Shown one piece after another: positions 37,738 to 50,512 of a DNA stretch of 64,000 bases (within the stretch, counting starts at the first letter, position 1; the number at the start of each line of letters is the position of its first letter). The translations under genes and the position numbers were made by a program. A model generated the notes under the pieces. It saw only the letters and a list, made by a program, of their open reading frames with translations, did not search any database and was not told the DNA's origin. This stretch comes from Octopus vulgaris (lineage: Eukaryota), in the NCBI GenBank assembly GCA_951406725.2, contig OX597815.1:186868001-186932000 (forward strand), in the 5' to 3' direction.

Positions 37738-39648
37738 TATCCTCGAACATAGAAATACCTTTTTCGATATACGCAAATGCTTGCTGCATTTTCTTAATGG
37801 TAAAGTGACGTGGCTCAGGTTCGACTTCCTCTTCTATATTTTGTTTCCCTTGTAGCTCTCTCAAATCCTCGTATATCAACGGCTGCTTGTCTTTTTCAAA
37901 TAAATCCGTGAAATCCTCCTGCTCCAAATCCATTTCCAGTTCTTTGCTCGGAGTCACCAACGTTTTCTTGATGGCAACAATATCAAACCCCTTAAAGCCA
38001 TTCACCAATTGCGGGCATAACTTCTTCCATACACCATTCATAGCCATGCTCTGTACATCATTCCATGCCACTGCTAAGTTCTCTAGAGTCTTGTAGATAT
38101 CGTATATCTTCCAAAAGTCACGAACTGTGATGGACTCATGAAGATCAGTTGCTGCTATTGCTTGCCGCAGCGTACGCTTCATATAGCAACGCTTGAAGAT
38201 AGCAATTAGTCCCTGATCCATTGGCTGCAGAAGAGACGTGGTGTTGGTAGGGAGGTATACGACGGTAACGTTGGGGTCAAAATCTACGATGCTTTCCGGA
38301 TGGCCAGGAGCATTATCTAAGATAAGTAAAACCCTTCTCCTAGCAGTACTTCTCTACTGCTGTGATAAAATGACTGAAGAATCAATCTTCAAAAACACCA
38401 ACAGTAACCCATGCTTTTGAATTAGCCATCCATACAAAAGGGAGAGATGCCTTGGGTATGTTCTTCAGGGCACGGGGGTTGTGTGCATGATACACAAGCA
38501 ATGGCTTTAACTTAAAATCTCTTGCACAATTACCTCCCAACAAAATGGTCACACGTTCTTTTGAGACCTTGTAGCCTGGAACAGTTTTCTCCTCCTTGGA
38601 AATGAATGAACGGTCAGGCAGTTTTTTCCAATACAATCCAGTTTCGTCCACGTTAAGAATTTGTTCAGAAAGAAACCCGTTTTCTTCGATGATTTTCTTT
38701 AATGCATAAGGAAAGTCCGCTGCTGCTTGTTCGTCAGCGGATGCACTTTCACCTTCTTAATGGAGTGATAACTTCTTCGCTCCTTAAATCTCATGAACAA
38801 TCCTTGACTTGCCTTGAACTCTACATCCTACTCATCTGGATATTTTTTTCTTCAGGTCCTCAAATAAAGACAGCGCTTTCTCTTGAATGATTTCTTGACT
38901 AATAGTAGCATGCTGACGATTCAACCTAACAAACGAAAGAGAAAGAAGACTTTCCATTTCTTCAAAGATTTTGCCTCTTATTGATGACAGTGTTCTTCAT
39001 CCCTGGGGCTTCAGATTTGATATGTGCTAAAATCTTGGCCTTATTTTGTACAATCGTCGATACAGTTGTCCGACTCATCCAAAAAGATCGTGTAATTGCT
39101 ACCACTTTTTCACGGCGTTTTATCATAGCCAGTTTATCTTCCGGCGTTATAGCATGACGCTTAGCATTTTCACTATGAATTTTCTTAGGAGCGGTGGGGG
39201 CAAAAAATAAAATCACAAATGAATGGAAATAAGAAAGTAGCCGATAAACATACATAAACCAGTCTGAATTCAAAACAATCGTGGGAATCACAAGTGACAA
39301 CGACGCCTAACGGTAGATATTGGAATTACAGTGCAATATGAGATCTGAAAGACGATAAACAAGACAGCACAGCTGATTTCATGACTTCGTTTACTAAGCT
39401 ACACAACTTTATGGTGTATATCTTAACATTTACTGTACAACTTTTGATATGATTTTATATGTTTTTATTCTTATTTATTGTACAGCAACATGATTTTATG
39501 TGCTCTTAACGGTTTTCTAGTGATTTTACAATTCCAATATTTGTGGCGGACAGACGTAAAGTCGAGTAAAATGACTCAACTTGATTTTTATTTTTCTATA
39601 TATTATTTTTGAAAACCGACATATAATCGAGAACGACTTAAGCCGAGG
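37738..39648 (-). pseudogene. Tigger/pogo DNA transposon remnant (HTH plus DDE_1 transposase)
   Basis: KRHAITPEDKLAMIKR..SRTTVSTI, NVDETGLYWKKLPDRSFI..KERVTILLGGN, QPMDQGLIAIFKRCY. Frameshifts and stops. TIR-like CGACTTAAGCCGAGGT near 39632-39648. Confidence 0.85.
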
Positions 39649-39679
39649 TGCGTGTGTGTGTGGTTGTGATTTGATGTAA

Positions 39680-39747
<68 letters not shown>

Positions 39748-40698
39748 GTGAGTTTGTCTTGTCTATGTTTGTCCCTCTTCACCGCTTGACAACCGGTGAT
39801 GGTGTGTTTACGTCCCTGTAACTAAGTGGTTCGGCAAGGAGACTGATAAAATAAGTACCAGGCTCTGAAAAAAAGTTTAAGTACTAGGGTTGATTCGTTC
39901 GGCAAAGAATTCTTCAAGGCAGTACACCAGCATGGCCGCAGTCTAATGACTGAAATAATTAAAAGACGAAAGATATATACCCTATTAAAACTAGTATAAT
40001 ATAAACCTCAGAACTATATTAAATAATGTTAATGCGTTCTCTTAAGTAGTCATGGTCACCAGAATGAGGTGAGATCATGGAATTTGTAGAAATTATATTC
40101 AATGCATCTGCAGCCTGATTTATATTGGTGCGTTTCAATTGGATGGTACTTAAAAGGGGTATAAGTGATTCTGATATCTGTTCACACTGATATATCTATA
40201 AGATTCAGAGAAAATCTTGCGTCATTAGAAACTTATTGCTCTCTTGTAAGTAAAAGCATAAAGAATAGTTTACTTCAGGCCTTTGAACGTCTTCCAAATA
40301 TGAAATATTGGACAGTTAAGAATGTGTTTCGACTATTTTGAAGTTAATACTTGATTGGAACTTGCGGCCATATCACTCACTGTCTATCTCTCTATATTTC
40401 TCTCAATCTATCTGTCCTAGGTTTCTGAGGTTTCTGTCTCTATCTCTGTGTAGCTCTCTCTATATCTTTTACTATTTATCTTTATCTACCACTCACACAT
40501 ACCTACATGATTCTGCATGTACATTTTCCATTCGTTGGTATCGACACGCATACATGTATGCAGGTATATATACATGGATATATACATGCATAGAAATATA
40601 CATATGCACGTATGTACTTACGTGCCTTCATACAAACATACATAGATTGAGAAAGACTGACAGACCTACATAACTACCTACCTACCTACCTACCTACC

Positions 40699-40888
40699 TA
40701 CATACATACATACATACATACATACATACATACATACATACATACATACATACATACATACATACATACATACATACATACATACATACATACATACATA
40801 CATACATACATACATACATACATACATACATACATACATACATACATACATACATACATACATACATACATACATACATACATACATA
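40699..40888. repeat. (CATA)n microsatellite
   Basis: Perfect run. Confidence 0.95.
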
Positions 40889-41951
40889 CGTATATATCCA
40901 CACACCCATTCGTACATAACGAAATCACATAATCACGTCGTTGAAACTTCCCAGAGCAATACATATTTCTATTTCAAAGATATAATTTCTGTAGATAATT
41001 CAATGAGAAGCAACATAAATTATGTATAGATTCTTGACAAATATGAACTAACAAGAATTTCTTTGAAGTTTCGGGATAAATTTTGTTTTCTTGCAAGGGA
41101 TAATTTGATAATTTCTTCTACTTGTTTATGTTTAAGACGTCTAAGTGCGATTCTTGAAATATTTAATTGCAACAGCTAAAAACAATTTTCACTGATTTTA
41201 GTAGTAATCAATAAAAAAAGTGTGAATATATTGATTCTCTATATAATTTATCACAAAAAAAGCCCAGTAATAAAAGGGTTCTTTTTTTTTCTTTTTAAAG
41301 ATATTTCAAAGAAAAGCAGAAAAAGGTAGACGTTATGTATAAAAGCTTTAATATCGGATTAAGCTCATTAAAAGATTCTGCATAATCATATATTTTCAGA
41401 ATAATTTAGCAACGAGCCTTATGCGAAATTTAGTGGATTACGTAACCGAAATATTTTTAATCAAATTTCAAGAGTCTTAAACGTTAATAACTTTCCGAGA
41501 AACACTATAGTAATACAATTTATGATATTGTAAAAGCGTGGAGATTGTAAGAAGCGGTAGAATGCCGGACTAAACGTTTTGCGTTCTTTAGTTAACGTCT
41601 CTTTACGTTCTCAGTTCAAAGCATGCTTGGATTGATTTTTACCTTTCATCCCAGCGGAGTCGATAAAATAATTATCAGTAATCGATTTAATTGGCTATAC
41701 CTTTTAACTTAAAATTTGTGGCCATGTGCCAGCCTAAGTTAAAAAAATCAATATTTCAAAACATACGCTAACAATAGGCTCTTTTGCTAGAATCTCTAAT
41801 AATTAGCTATATGTTTACTCTACTTGGACTGAAATAAGTATATTAGAGATAATCCTCTCTAATCATCTTTACAGCCAATAATGGCAGCTATCATTAGAAA
41901 ATGTTAAGAGATTTTGATTTCCATATCTGCTTCGAATGTAAATTATACACA

Positions 41952-42360
41952 TGGCGCAGGAGTGGCTGTGTGGTAAGTAGCTTGCTAACCAACTACATGG
42001 TTCTGGGTTCAGTCCCACTGCGTGGCATCTTGGGCAAGTGTCTTCTGCTATAGCCCCGGGCCGACAAATGCCTTGTGAGTGGATTTGGTAGACGGAAACT
42101 GAAAGAAGCCTGTCGTATATATGTATATATATATAAGTGTGTATATATATGTGTGTCTGTGTTTGTCCCCCTAGCATTGCTTGACAACCGATGCTGGTGT
42201 GTTTACGTCCCCGTCACTTAGCGGTCCGGCAAAAGAGACCGATAGAATAAGTACTGGGCTTACAAAGAATAAGTCCCGGGGTCGATTTGCTCGACTAAAG
42301 GCGGTGCTCCAGCATGGCCGCAGTCAAATGACTGAAACAAGTAAAAGAGTAAAAGAGTAA
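41952..42360 (+). mobile_element. SINE family B, full length
   Basis: Head, internal TA/TG tract, and tail ending (GAGTAAAA)n. Confidence 0.9.
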
Positions 42361-42419
42361 GGCTTCTTTATCAATTTCTTTCTTTCCCCCAGAGTGACAT
42401 TTTATTTTATATCGGAACC

Positions 42420-42965
42420 AGTGAAAAATAGCGTCGACATTGACTACAGGTTACAAATGGTTTGTTCCATTTCTGATGGTGAGAGTGACGAGAAATTGTG
42501 AAAGATGGGAGAACAAATATCACAAAGTGCATTTTTAAATTCGAAGTCACTGTCTTTTGTACGGCTTTTTTTTTTTGCAGATGTTTACTTCCTTCACCAA
42601 TATATTAGTTTGAAAAGTCTTTGGTTTCAATGGTTATTGTGCGTTGCTGTGGCATTGAATTAGCTGAACACCGTCCTTGTTCTCCTGATTTGTCCCCATC
42701 TGACTAACATCTGTTCCTCAACATGAAAAAATCACTTAGTTTGAAACCAGTATCGCAGTGATGGTGATGTCATATCTGCTGCTGATGATGATGATGACTT
42801 ATTTGACCAACAGGACGAAAGTTTCTTCACCAACGGAATCCAAGCACCGCAACACCGATGGAAAAAATGCCTGGACACAAGGCGGAATGGTGAGCTATGT
42901 TGAAAAATTAGCCTCATATAGTAACATTCCATGGCAGTATCTTAGTCAGCCTATGAACCCGTACT
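42420..42965 (+). mobile_element. Internally deleted mariner element
   Basis: SPDLSPSD*HLFLNMKK..QDESFFTNGIQA..HRWKKC, a mariner C-terminus. Confidence 0.65.
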
Positions 42966-42999
42966 ATAGTGGCTAAATTCATATCGGCAAGATTTATTC

Positions 43000-43423
43000 T
43001 TATTTATTTACTGCCCACAAGGGGCTACACACAGAGGGGACAAACAAGGACAGACAAACGGATTAAATCGATTATATCGACCCCAGTGCGTAACTGGTAC
43101 TTATTTTATCGACCCCGAAAGGATGAAAGGCAAAGTCGACCTCGGCGGAATTTGAACTCAGAACGTAGCGACTGACGAAATACATATTTCTTTATTACCC
43201 ACAAGGGGCTAAACATAGAGGGGACAAACAAGGACAGACATAGGTATTAAGTCGATTACATCGACCCCAGTGCGTAACTGGTACTTATTTTATCGACCCC
43301 GAAAGGATGAAAGGCAAAGTCGACCTCGGCGGAATTTGAACTCAGAACGTAGCGACAGACGAAATACCGCTAAGCATTTCGCCCGGCGTGCTAACCTTTC
43401 TGCCAGATCGCCGCCTTAAAGAT
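43000..43423 (-). mobile_element. SINE family A dimer with TSD
   Basis: Flanked by ATATCGGCAAGATTTATTC (42981-42999) and ATATCGGTAAGATATATTC (43424-43442). Confidence 0.85.
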
Positions 43424-43444
43424 ATATCGGTAAGATATATTCTG

Positions 43445-44960
43445 TCTATGGAAATGTCCGAACATGCTAACAATGGTTTGTCCAGTTTTGCTAGAGAAAT
43501 TTTCCTCTCGCAGCTTCCCATCGATCTGGGGAGCCAAGTTCGATCAACAAAAAGCTTCTGAAAACTGCAATTGAAGAAAATCCAAATCAGACTATTCGAG
43601 AATTAGCAAACAGTTCAATCCAAGTCCCACATCGTTCATAAGACAATTCCATTAACTAGGAAAAGTATTCAAATTTGGTCAGTGACCCGTCATCATATGA
43701 GTGTTTCTCAGCTTGATCAAAGAATCGCCGTCTGCTCATCATTGAAAAGAAAACTTGATACCGAACATTTCTTGGGTAGAAACATCACAATTAATCAAAA
43801 TTGGCTTCTCTATAATCATATACAACGAAAACGACAATGGCTGGCATCCAATGAAAAAAGGAGAGTCTATCCCCAAGTCAGAAATACGCCCGAAAAAAAA
43901 TTGTATCCTATATTTAATGGCATGTGAAAGGTGTCGTCTATTATGAAGTGTTAAACCACACCGGCAGGGGAAAAGACACCGTTGACGGGAATTGTGCCGC
44001 CAACGGTAGAATTGACTATCCCGCACCCGGAGGAAGACGAATTATTAGTCCTCTTCTATAGAGGCGGAGGGGTAGAAAAGGTGGTGGAAAAGCACCATAA
44101 GGGAGTACCTTTAGCCAGCACACAGGATCCCGACTGGCCTCCGCAGATAGCCGTGGAGGTCATAACGTTACCCGTGATGAGTAGGCTGAAGGGACTCAAT
44201 AAGGAATATCGCTTGTGGCCGGGCGACGCCGACACGGCACCCGCTTTGATCTTAAATGAGGCGTAGGTGATGGCAGAGTATGCGGGCACAAGCGATGTTG
44301 AGGAGGAATAGTGATAAGAGGTTGAAAAGCCTCAAAGAAAGGTAAGAGGCTTAGCACTTCATTTTGTTATTGAATTATGTTATTGAATATTGTGAACAGT
44401 GTAGAGGTTTGTTGCCTTGTGAACAATATACAAGAGATCAATGTTCTTGGGAAAAATCGATCGGTGGGCGTCGTTTTTTTCCCCCATTAATCATCATTTT
44501 CATTTTCACTTCATATAACATTATGTCTGTGTCCAGCCCGCAGCTTCCTTTCTCTGTGTAAGGCCTTATGACCAATATAATGAAATAATGACGTGTCAAA
44601 CAAAAACGTAACAATTAATGCGTGCGGAGAAGGATTGCCGTCAATTAAAAAAAACTGTACAAAAATTTACAGAAGATCACCCATCATAGGTCAGTCGTAA
44701 AGGAGTCTTGCTAGGCAACATATTATTCCAGTCACTCAGGAAAAGATTATGGCACTTAATATCGAAATTGTGCATCATTTTGTTTGTTCTCCTAACTTTA
44801 CTCCATTTAACTATCATATTTTCAGCTTATTACGAAAATTATTTCGAAGAACAAAAGTCTATTAACTGTGAAGAGATGAAAAATGATATTAGGTTTTTCT
44901 TTGCTTCGAAACCTTAAAAATTTTACTCTTGAGGGATCAATAAATTGCCAAATAGATGGG
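43445..44960 (+). pseudogene. mariner transposase remnant with internal insertion
   Basis: HRSGEP..LLKTAIEENPNQTIRELA, FLGRNIT..NWLLYNHIQRKRQW, FFFASKP..GINKLPNRW. Confidence 0.75.
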
Positions 44961-45925
44961 ATAATAAGTACTAGGATTGATTTGTTCGATTAAACCCCTG
45001 AAAGCAGTGCCCCAGCATGGCCACATTCCAAAGACAGAAACAAGTAAAAGACGAAGCATTAATTGCAAACTAAAGGACTAAACTTCTTATCGAAGTAGAT
45101 TTAAACTGATTTGCGTGCTTCTGAAACTAATCTTAATCAAGTCATGATATCTGTTAATCACTGTCGCTTTTAGAATGTTAACATTTTAATGTGGCATATG
45201 TATTCCTGAAAAAACGACCGTTTTCATTTTCGTCAGCATTGCAAATTCTCTCAGAACGATTATATACTTGCAAAGTAAAACAATAAGCAAGTTGACTAAA
45301 GCATATTATCGCGAGAAACATATATTTAGAAACTTCAAAAGTTCTTATTTATTGCCTTCTATCTCTCGATATATTTATACGAATAACATTTATAAATCTA
45401 TGCTAATACGATAATGCTCAATCTCAACAATATTACATTCAATCATTATTCAAACCTATTGATTTAGCGGTAATAACTTTCTCAACGAAGCCACTACATT
45501 AAACAATATAACTATATTTATCTTGCGTATCTACTTTAGGAAATATTGTTTGATTGTTTCCCATCAAAATATTCATTAATATACAGTTGATAATTAGCCA
45601 ACACAGAGCGACATTCTATCTTCTATCTCGATTTATTCCGGTTAACAACAGCTGCAATATATTTCATGTTCATAAATTTGTGATATTCATTTCCATACAT
45701 CGTTTTTCTCATGTGTAAATATATGTGTTGTGTGTTGTGTGTGTACTACAGATATGTGTGTGCGTGTATGTGTGTGTGCATACGTATATATACGTCTTTA
45801 TACGTATAAACATATTAATACAAACTACAGATATTCTATTATCATTACAAAACTTTCTTGGCATAAATGCAATCGTCAAGTCATGCAACAACCATATTTG
45901 AAAACATAACATTAAGATATATATA

Positions 45926-46078
45926 TATATATGTGAATTTTTTGCCTAATGAGATAAAAAAAACCAAGGCTGTATAGAGATATTAGAGTATTTATAGATA
46001 TAAGGTCTATCTATAAATGCTCTAATATCTCTATACAGCCTTGGTTTTTTTATCTCATTACAAAAAAAATTCATATAT
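45926..46078. repeat. ~150-bp imperfect hairpin
   Basis: 45947-46000 pairs with 46008-46060 (one mismatch, one A-run indel). The outer arms also pair. Confidence 0.9.
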
Positions 46079-46225
46079 ACACACGCTGACATAGAACCAA
46101 CGTTCAACCCTTTATTCGCAATATTATCAAATCTGGAACTTAACTATGGTCTGTGTATAGCACTTATTCAGCATTACCTGACATCTATGGGTCTCAATGA
46201 CACCATTATCTCATATATATATGTA

Positions 46226-46314
<89 letters not shown>

Positions 46315-46552
46315 TGCACACACACACAAAGTATGGAGGTTTAGTTCACAGGTGATCTAAACGATTAGGTACGCTACGTAAGTGCTGTAACGGATTACTG
46401 GGGCTCCAGGGTTATAGCTGAAACAGTAGTTATGGAGCCATTGCAGATTTCCGATGCAGCGGATATATAACTGTTTAAACAGGACGTCAAACATTAAGAC
46501 AAAACAAACATCTCAAGTCATATACACTATTATTATAGGAAGAAATTCAAAA

Positions 46553-46606
46553 TCTTAAAACTGTTTCTTAGATATCCCCGAGTATCAAACATTCCGTCAT
46601 CAGAGA
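46553..46606 (-). ncRNA. Degenerate hammerhead-like motif
   Basis: Minus strand TCT-CTGATGA-(29 nt, weak stem II)-GAAA-CAGTTT-TA-AGA. Confidence 0.45.
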
Positions 46607-46790
46607 GAAATAAGGGGGAGAATATGGAAAATGAGAATGGTGTATAATATGACAAGATTAGATGAAAGGAGTAAAAGAATAAAGAGATGGAAAGAGAGAA
46701 GAAAAAAAGCATAAAAGTTCATAGTTCAATTTTTCGAAGTAATAGAGACCATATATATAAATATATATATGGTCTCTATTTTTAACAAAA

Positions 46791-46828
46791 TTGTCCGACG
46801 AACGGAAACGTGAAACTCCGAGTAACAG
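46791..46828 (+). ncRNA. Minimal hammerhead motif with one core substitution
   Basis: TTGT-CCGACGA-ACG GAAA CGT-GAAA-CTCCGAG-TA-ACAG. Followed by AATAAA and ending in (TA)n at ~46933. Confidence 0.65.
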
Positions 46829-46930
46829 CTTTTGCTAAATCTCTGCTGCTTTTAAATAAAGCATATTACTCTACCTCTGGTATTTGAGTACTCTTATTTC
46901 CACCTTGTTTCACATTTATGTGTTTACTCC

Positions 46931-47022
<92 letters not shown>

Positions 47023-47024
<2 letters not shown>

Positions 47025-47300
47025 AGGCGCAATGGCCCAGTGGTTAGGGCAGCGGACTCGCGGTCGTAGGATCGCGGTTTCGATTCCCAGACCGGGCGTT
47101 GTGAGTGTTTATTGAGCGTAAACACCTAAAGCTCCACGAAGCTCCGGCAGGGGTGGTGGCGATCCCTGCTGTACTCTTTCGCCACAACTTTCTCTCACTC
47201 TTTCTTCTGTTGGCCTGCCCGCTTAGCCAGCGGAGTGGGGTCATTTGAAGGCTAAAACAATGTGACCAGCGATGTGTAGCAACATCTGATAGCCTGGTAT
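47023..47300 (+). mobile_element. SINE family C, third tail type
   Basis: Same head. Tail shared with 55937-56240. Lies between (TG)n and (TA)n. Confidence 0.85.
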
Positions 47301-48486
47301 ATATATCAGTGTGTGTTTATATATATGTATATATGTGCATGTACATACATGATATGCATGATATATATCATAACTACATAAATATAATTACATGGATATA
47401 CGCACATATATATATATTTAATTGTTTTGCTTTGTTTTTGTTTTTGAAAGGCCAAAACAATGAGAGTTATAAGAAATAAGGTAAGTCAATGGTTTGTTGT
47501 CTTTTTTTTGTTTTGTTTTATTCTGCTCTGCAATCTGTATATGTGTGCGCGTATATGCGTAGGATTGCTACGAATGCGCATGATAACATTTCTATAATAG
47601 CCAACCAGTTGCTTGTAGTTCTGTTCCTCCCACTTAAAATATGGTTTCGTCTTAACAATAGTGGTTTCCCAATGTTTCGTTTCATGGTGTGAACACTAAC
47701 CTGGATATTTTGGATGTGGCATTTCTGCAGATGTTTTTTTTTTCTGCGGAAGAAGCATCAGCAGTCAAATGTTCATTAACCCGGATATGCACCTGTATGA
47801 TGGTGTTTCCAATGTAGCCAGTACTGAGACGCTAAATAATATCGGAATGCATTCAACAAATAGTGTCCAAGTGCATTCTGTGGGATGACGACAGCAGCTG
47901 GGGAGCTGACCAGAACTTGGGAGCTGACCGGAAGAGGAAGGGTGCAGGAGTGACGCGCGCGCAGGCAGGGGACAGTTGGGCCTTTTCGATCGGGGTAGCC
48001 GACAGTGCTGGACGTGTGAGCGCTTCGACAAGGTAAGGGAAAAGCAGCTGCTATTTTTAGCGTTCGGGTCGGGCCACGTGGAGGGGTGCGTTACCGCCGG
48101 AGAGGTCTGCGTCGACGAAGAGAAGGTAGGTGTCTTTACTTCAAATCTCCCGCATACACCACACATTCAACAAAGTGTCCGAATGCATTCATTGTGGACT
48201 CGGAATAGCACTTGTATGAGTCGCAGGTCCGAATTCAAGGTTCAGGGAAATACTAATTCGGAGGCAGTTGTTATCCAGCTGGCTACCAGTCAATATTGAT
48301 GCTATAGCGTTCAACTACACTCCACTGTGGATCTGAGAGGCAAAGTTGCAAAATACCTATTACTGCTGGTTGAACAAATCTATGGGCCTATCCGAAATTT
48401 TACTGAACCAGGTAGCACATTTATGTTGAACTGATGAATCATCGTCAGAATGAAGGTCTGGATGTGGGAAGGCCTTGTAGTTTGCT

Positions 48487-48725
48487 CCCTGCGACGATTT
48501 CATCTCAATCGAAGGAGAGGGACTGTCTCCGTCCGGGTTGCGGATCCGTGGAATAAGCTGCCGGACGAGATGGTGAAGATGCCGACGACCGCTCGGTTCA
48601 AAGTCTCCCTTGACCATAAGTGGCCTGAACTCTTTACATGAACACTACCCTGTACATAACTCCATGTCCCCCTACATGGCCTTGCTTTTTTGCTTTTTGA
48701 GCCAAAAAATTAACTAACTAACTAG
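48487..48725 (+). mobile_element. CR1-like LINE 3' end
   Basis: RRFHLNRRRG..SVRVADPWNKLP..RFKVSLD.KW then stop, with a (TAAC)n tail. Confidence 0.75.
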
Positions 48726-49348
48726 TTGGCAGAGAACAGAAAAGACTCTCATGACAAATGGACTTGTAGTGCTAATTCAACAGAAGCCCTAAAACCTAGG
48801 ACAATGTATCCTAACAAAGATGGTCACTTGTTCCCATCAGGCGACGTCAAACAGAATATTATCTATCTCCTTTGCACTAAGGATAGAAATGTTTGAGTTC
48901 AGTGAGGTATTACCTCTGATTGTAGAAAGGGACTCTAGGAATGTACACGGGAGCTTCAACATGGTAAATCACACATTCAAGAAGAAAAAGGTACCCTTGG
49001 ATTCGATCCGTCAGCAGACAGAATGATCGGTCTACCAAGCATACGAACTTCTTGAGGATGAGGAAGAGGAGTAACTTGCACGAAAGCATTTATAAGATAA
49101 CGAAAGATATACGCTAACTATATTTATACGCTGACTATATCTAAGTGCGTTTCTCTTCTGTGGAAAGAATCTAAATATGCAAACTGCTGCAGTTGCGCAG
49201 ATGGTTTGTGACAAGAAGCTGCAGATGATAGATAGTCAGCAGAGCTAATTAACACAGCACCCTCCCATTAAACATCCATAATTAATAACATTCACCATCG
49301 TTAATGCAGTCAAATACACATGTCTGTGATATTTCTAAATTCTGAGAC

Positions 49349-50145
49349 GGTAAGCAGGCAGAAACGTTAGCACGCCGGGCGAAATGCTTACCAGTATTTC
49401 GTCTGCCGTTACGTTCTGAGTTCAAATTCCGCCGAGGCCGACTTTGCCTTTCATCCTTTCGGGGTCGAATTAAATAAGTACCAGTTACGCACTGGGGTCG
49501 ACGTAATCGTCTTAATACCTATGTCTATCCTTGTTTGGCCCTTCTATGTTTTGCCCCGTGTGGGTAATAAAGATACGTATTTCGTCTGTCGTTACGTTCT
49601 GAGTTCAAATTCCGCCGAGGTCGACTTTGCCTTTCATCCTTTCAGGGTCGATAAATTAAGTATCAGTTACATACTGGGGTCGATGTAATTGACTTAATCC
49701 CTTTGTCTGTCCTTGTTTGTCGCCTCTATGTTTAGCCCCTTATGGGCAATCAAGAAATGAGAAACGTTAGCACGCCGGGCGAAATGCTTAGCCGGTATTT
49801 CGTCTGCCACTACGTTCTGAGTTCAAATTCCTCCGCGGTCAACTTTGACTTTCATCCTTTCGGGGTCGATTAAATAAGTACCAGTTACACACTGGGGTCT
49901 ATATAATCGACTTAATCCGTTTGTCTGTCCTTGTTTGTCCTCTCTGTGTTTAGCCCCTTGTGGGTAGTAAAGAAATAGGTGTTTCGTCTGCCGTTACGTT
50001 CTGAGTTCAAATTCCGCCGAGGTCGACTTTGCCTTTCATCATTTCGAGGTCGAAAATTAAGTAGCAGTTGCGTACAGCGATAGCTCTAATCGACTGTCCC
50101 TCACTTCCCCAAACATCTTGGGCCTTGTACCTTGAGTAGAAAAGT
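49349..50145 (+). mobile_element. SINE family A tetramer
   Basis: Four consecutive units. Confidence 0.85.
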
Positions 50146-50281
50146 AAAGAATCTTCTTTTTGTACTAAAGCACACACCGGGTAAACTGCATAGTGACATT
50201 TCGTTCGTCATCGCGTTCGTCCGTTTTTACCTTCCATCGAAGTAGACTTTGCTTTCATTTTTTCGGGGTAAATAAAGTACC

Positions 50282-50512
50282 TATTTCTTTATTACCCACA
50301 AGGGGCTAAACATAGAGGGGATAAACAAGGACAGACATAGGTATTAAGTCGATTACATCGACCCCAGTGCGTAACTGGTACTTAATTTATCGACCCCGAA
50401 AGGATGAAAGGCAAAGTCGACCTCAGCGGAATTTGAACTCACAACGTTGCGCCAGACGAAATACCGCTAAGCATTTCGCCCGGAGCGCTAACGTTTCTGC
50501 CAGCTCGCCGCC
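50282..50512 (-). mobile_element. SINE family A monomer nested antisense in an older copy
   Basis: TSD TAAATAAAGTACC at 50269-50281 and 50513-50525. Confidence 0.85.

Noticed and set aside
37442-38221. 259-aa ORF as an intact gene
   Set aside because: Tigger transposase fragment reading through into microsatellite and SINE sequence. The upstream parts are frameshifted.
42780-42830. CTGATGA...CGAAA spacing suggestive of a hammerhead
   Set aside because: Lies in mariner coding sequence with a (GAT)n slip. No stems I-III.
49349-50145. Repeat-spacer look of the SINE arrays (CRISPR-like)
   Set aside because: The intervening segments are themselves repeated, the units are ~180-230 bp SINE bodies, and there are no cas genes in this eukaryotic context.
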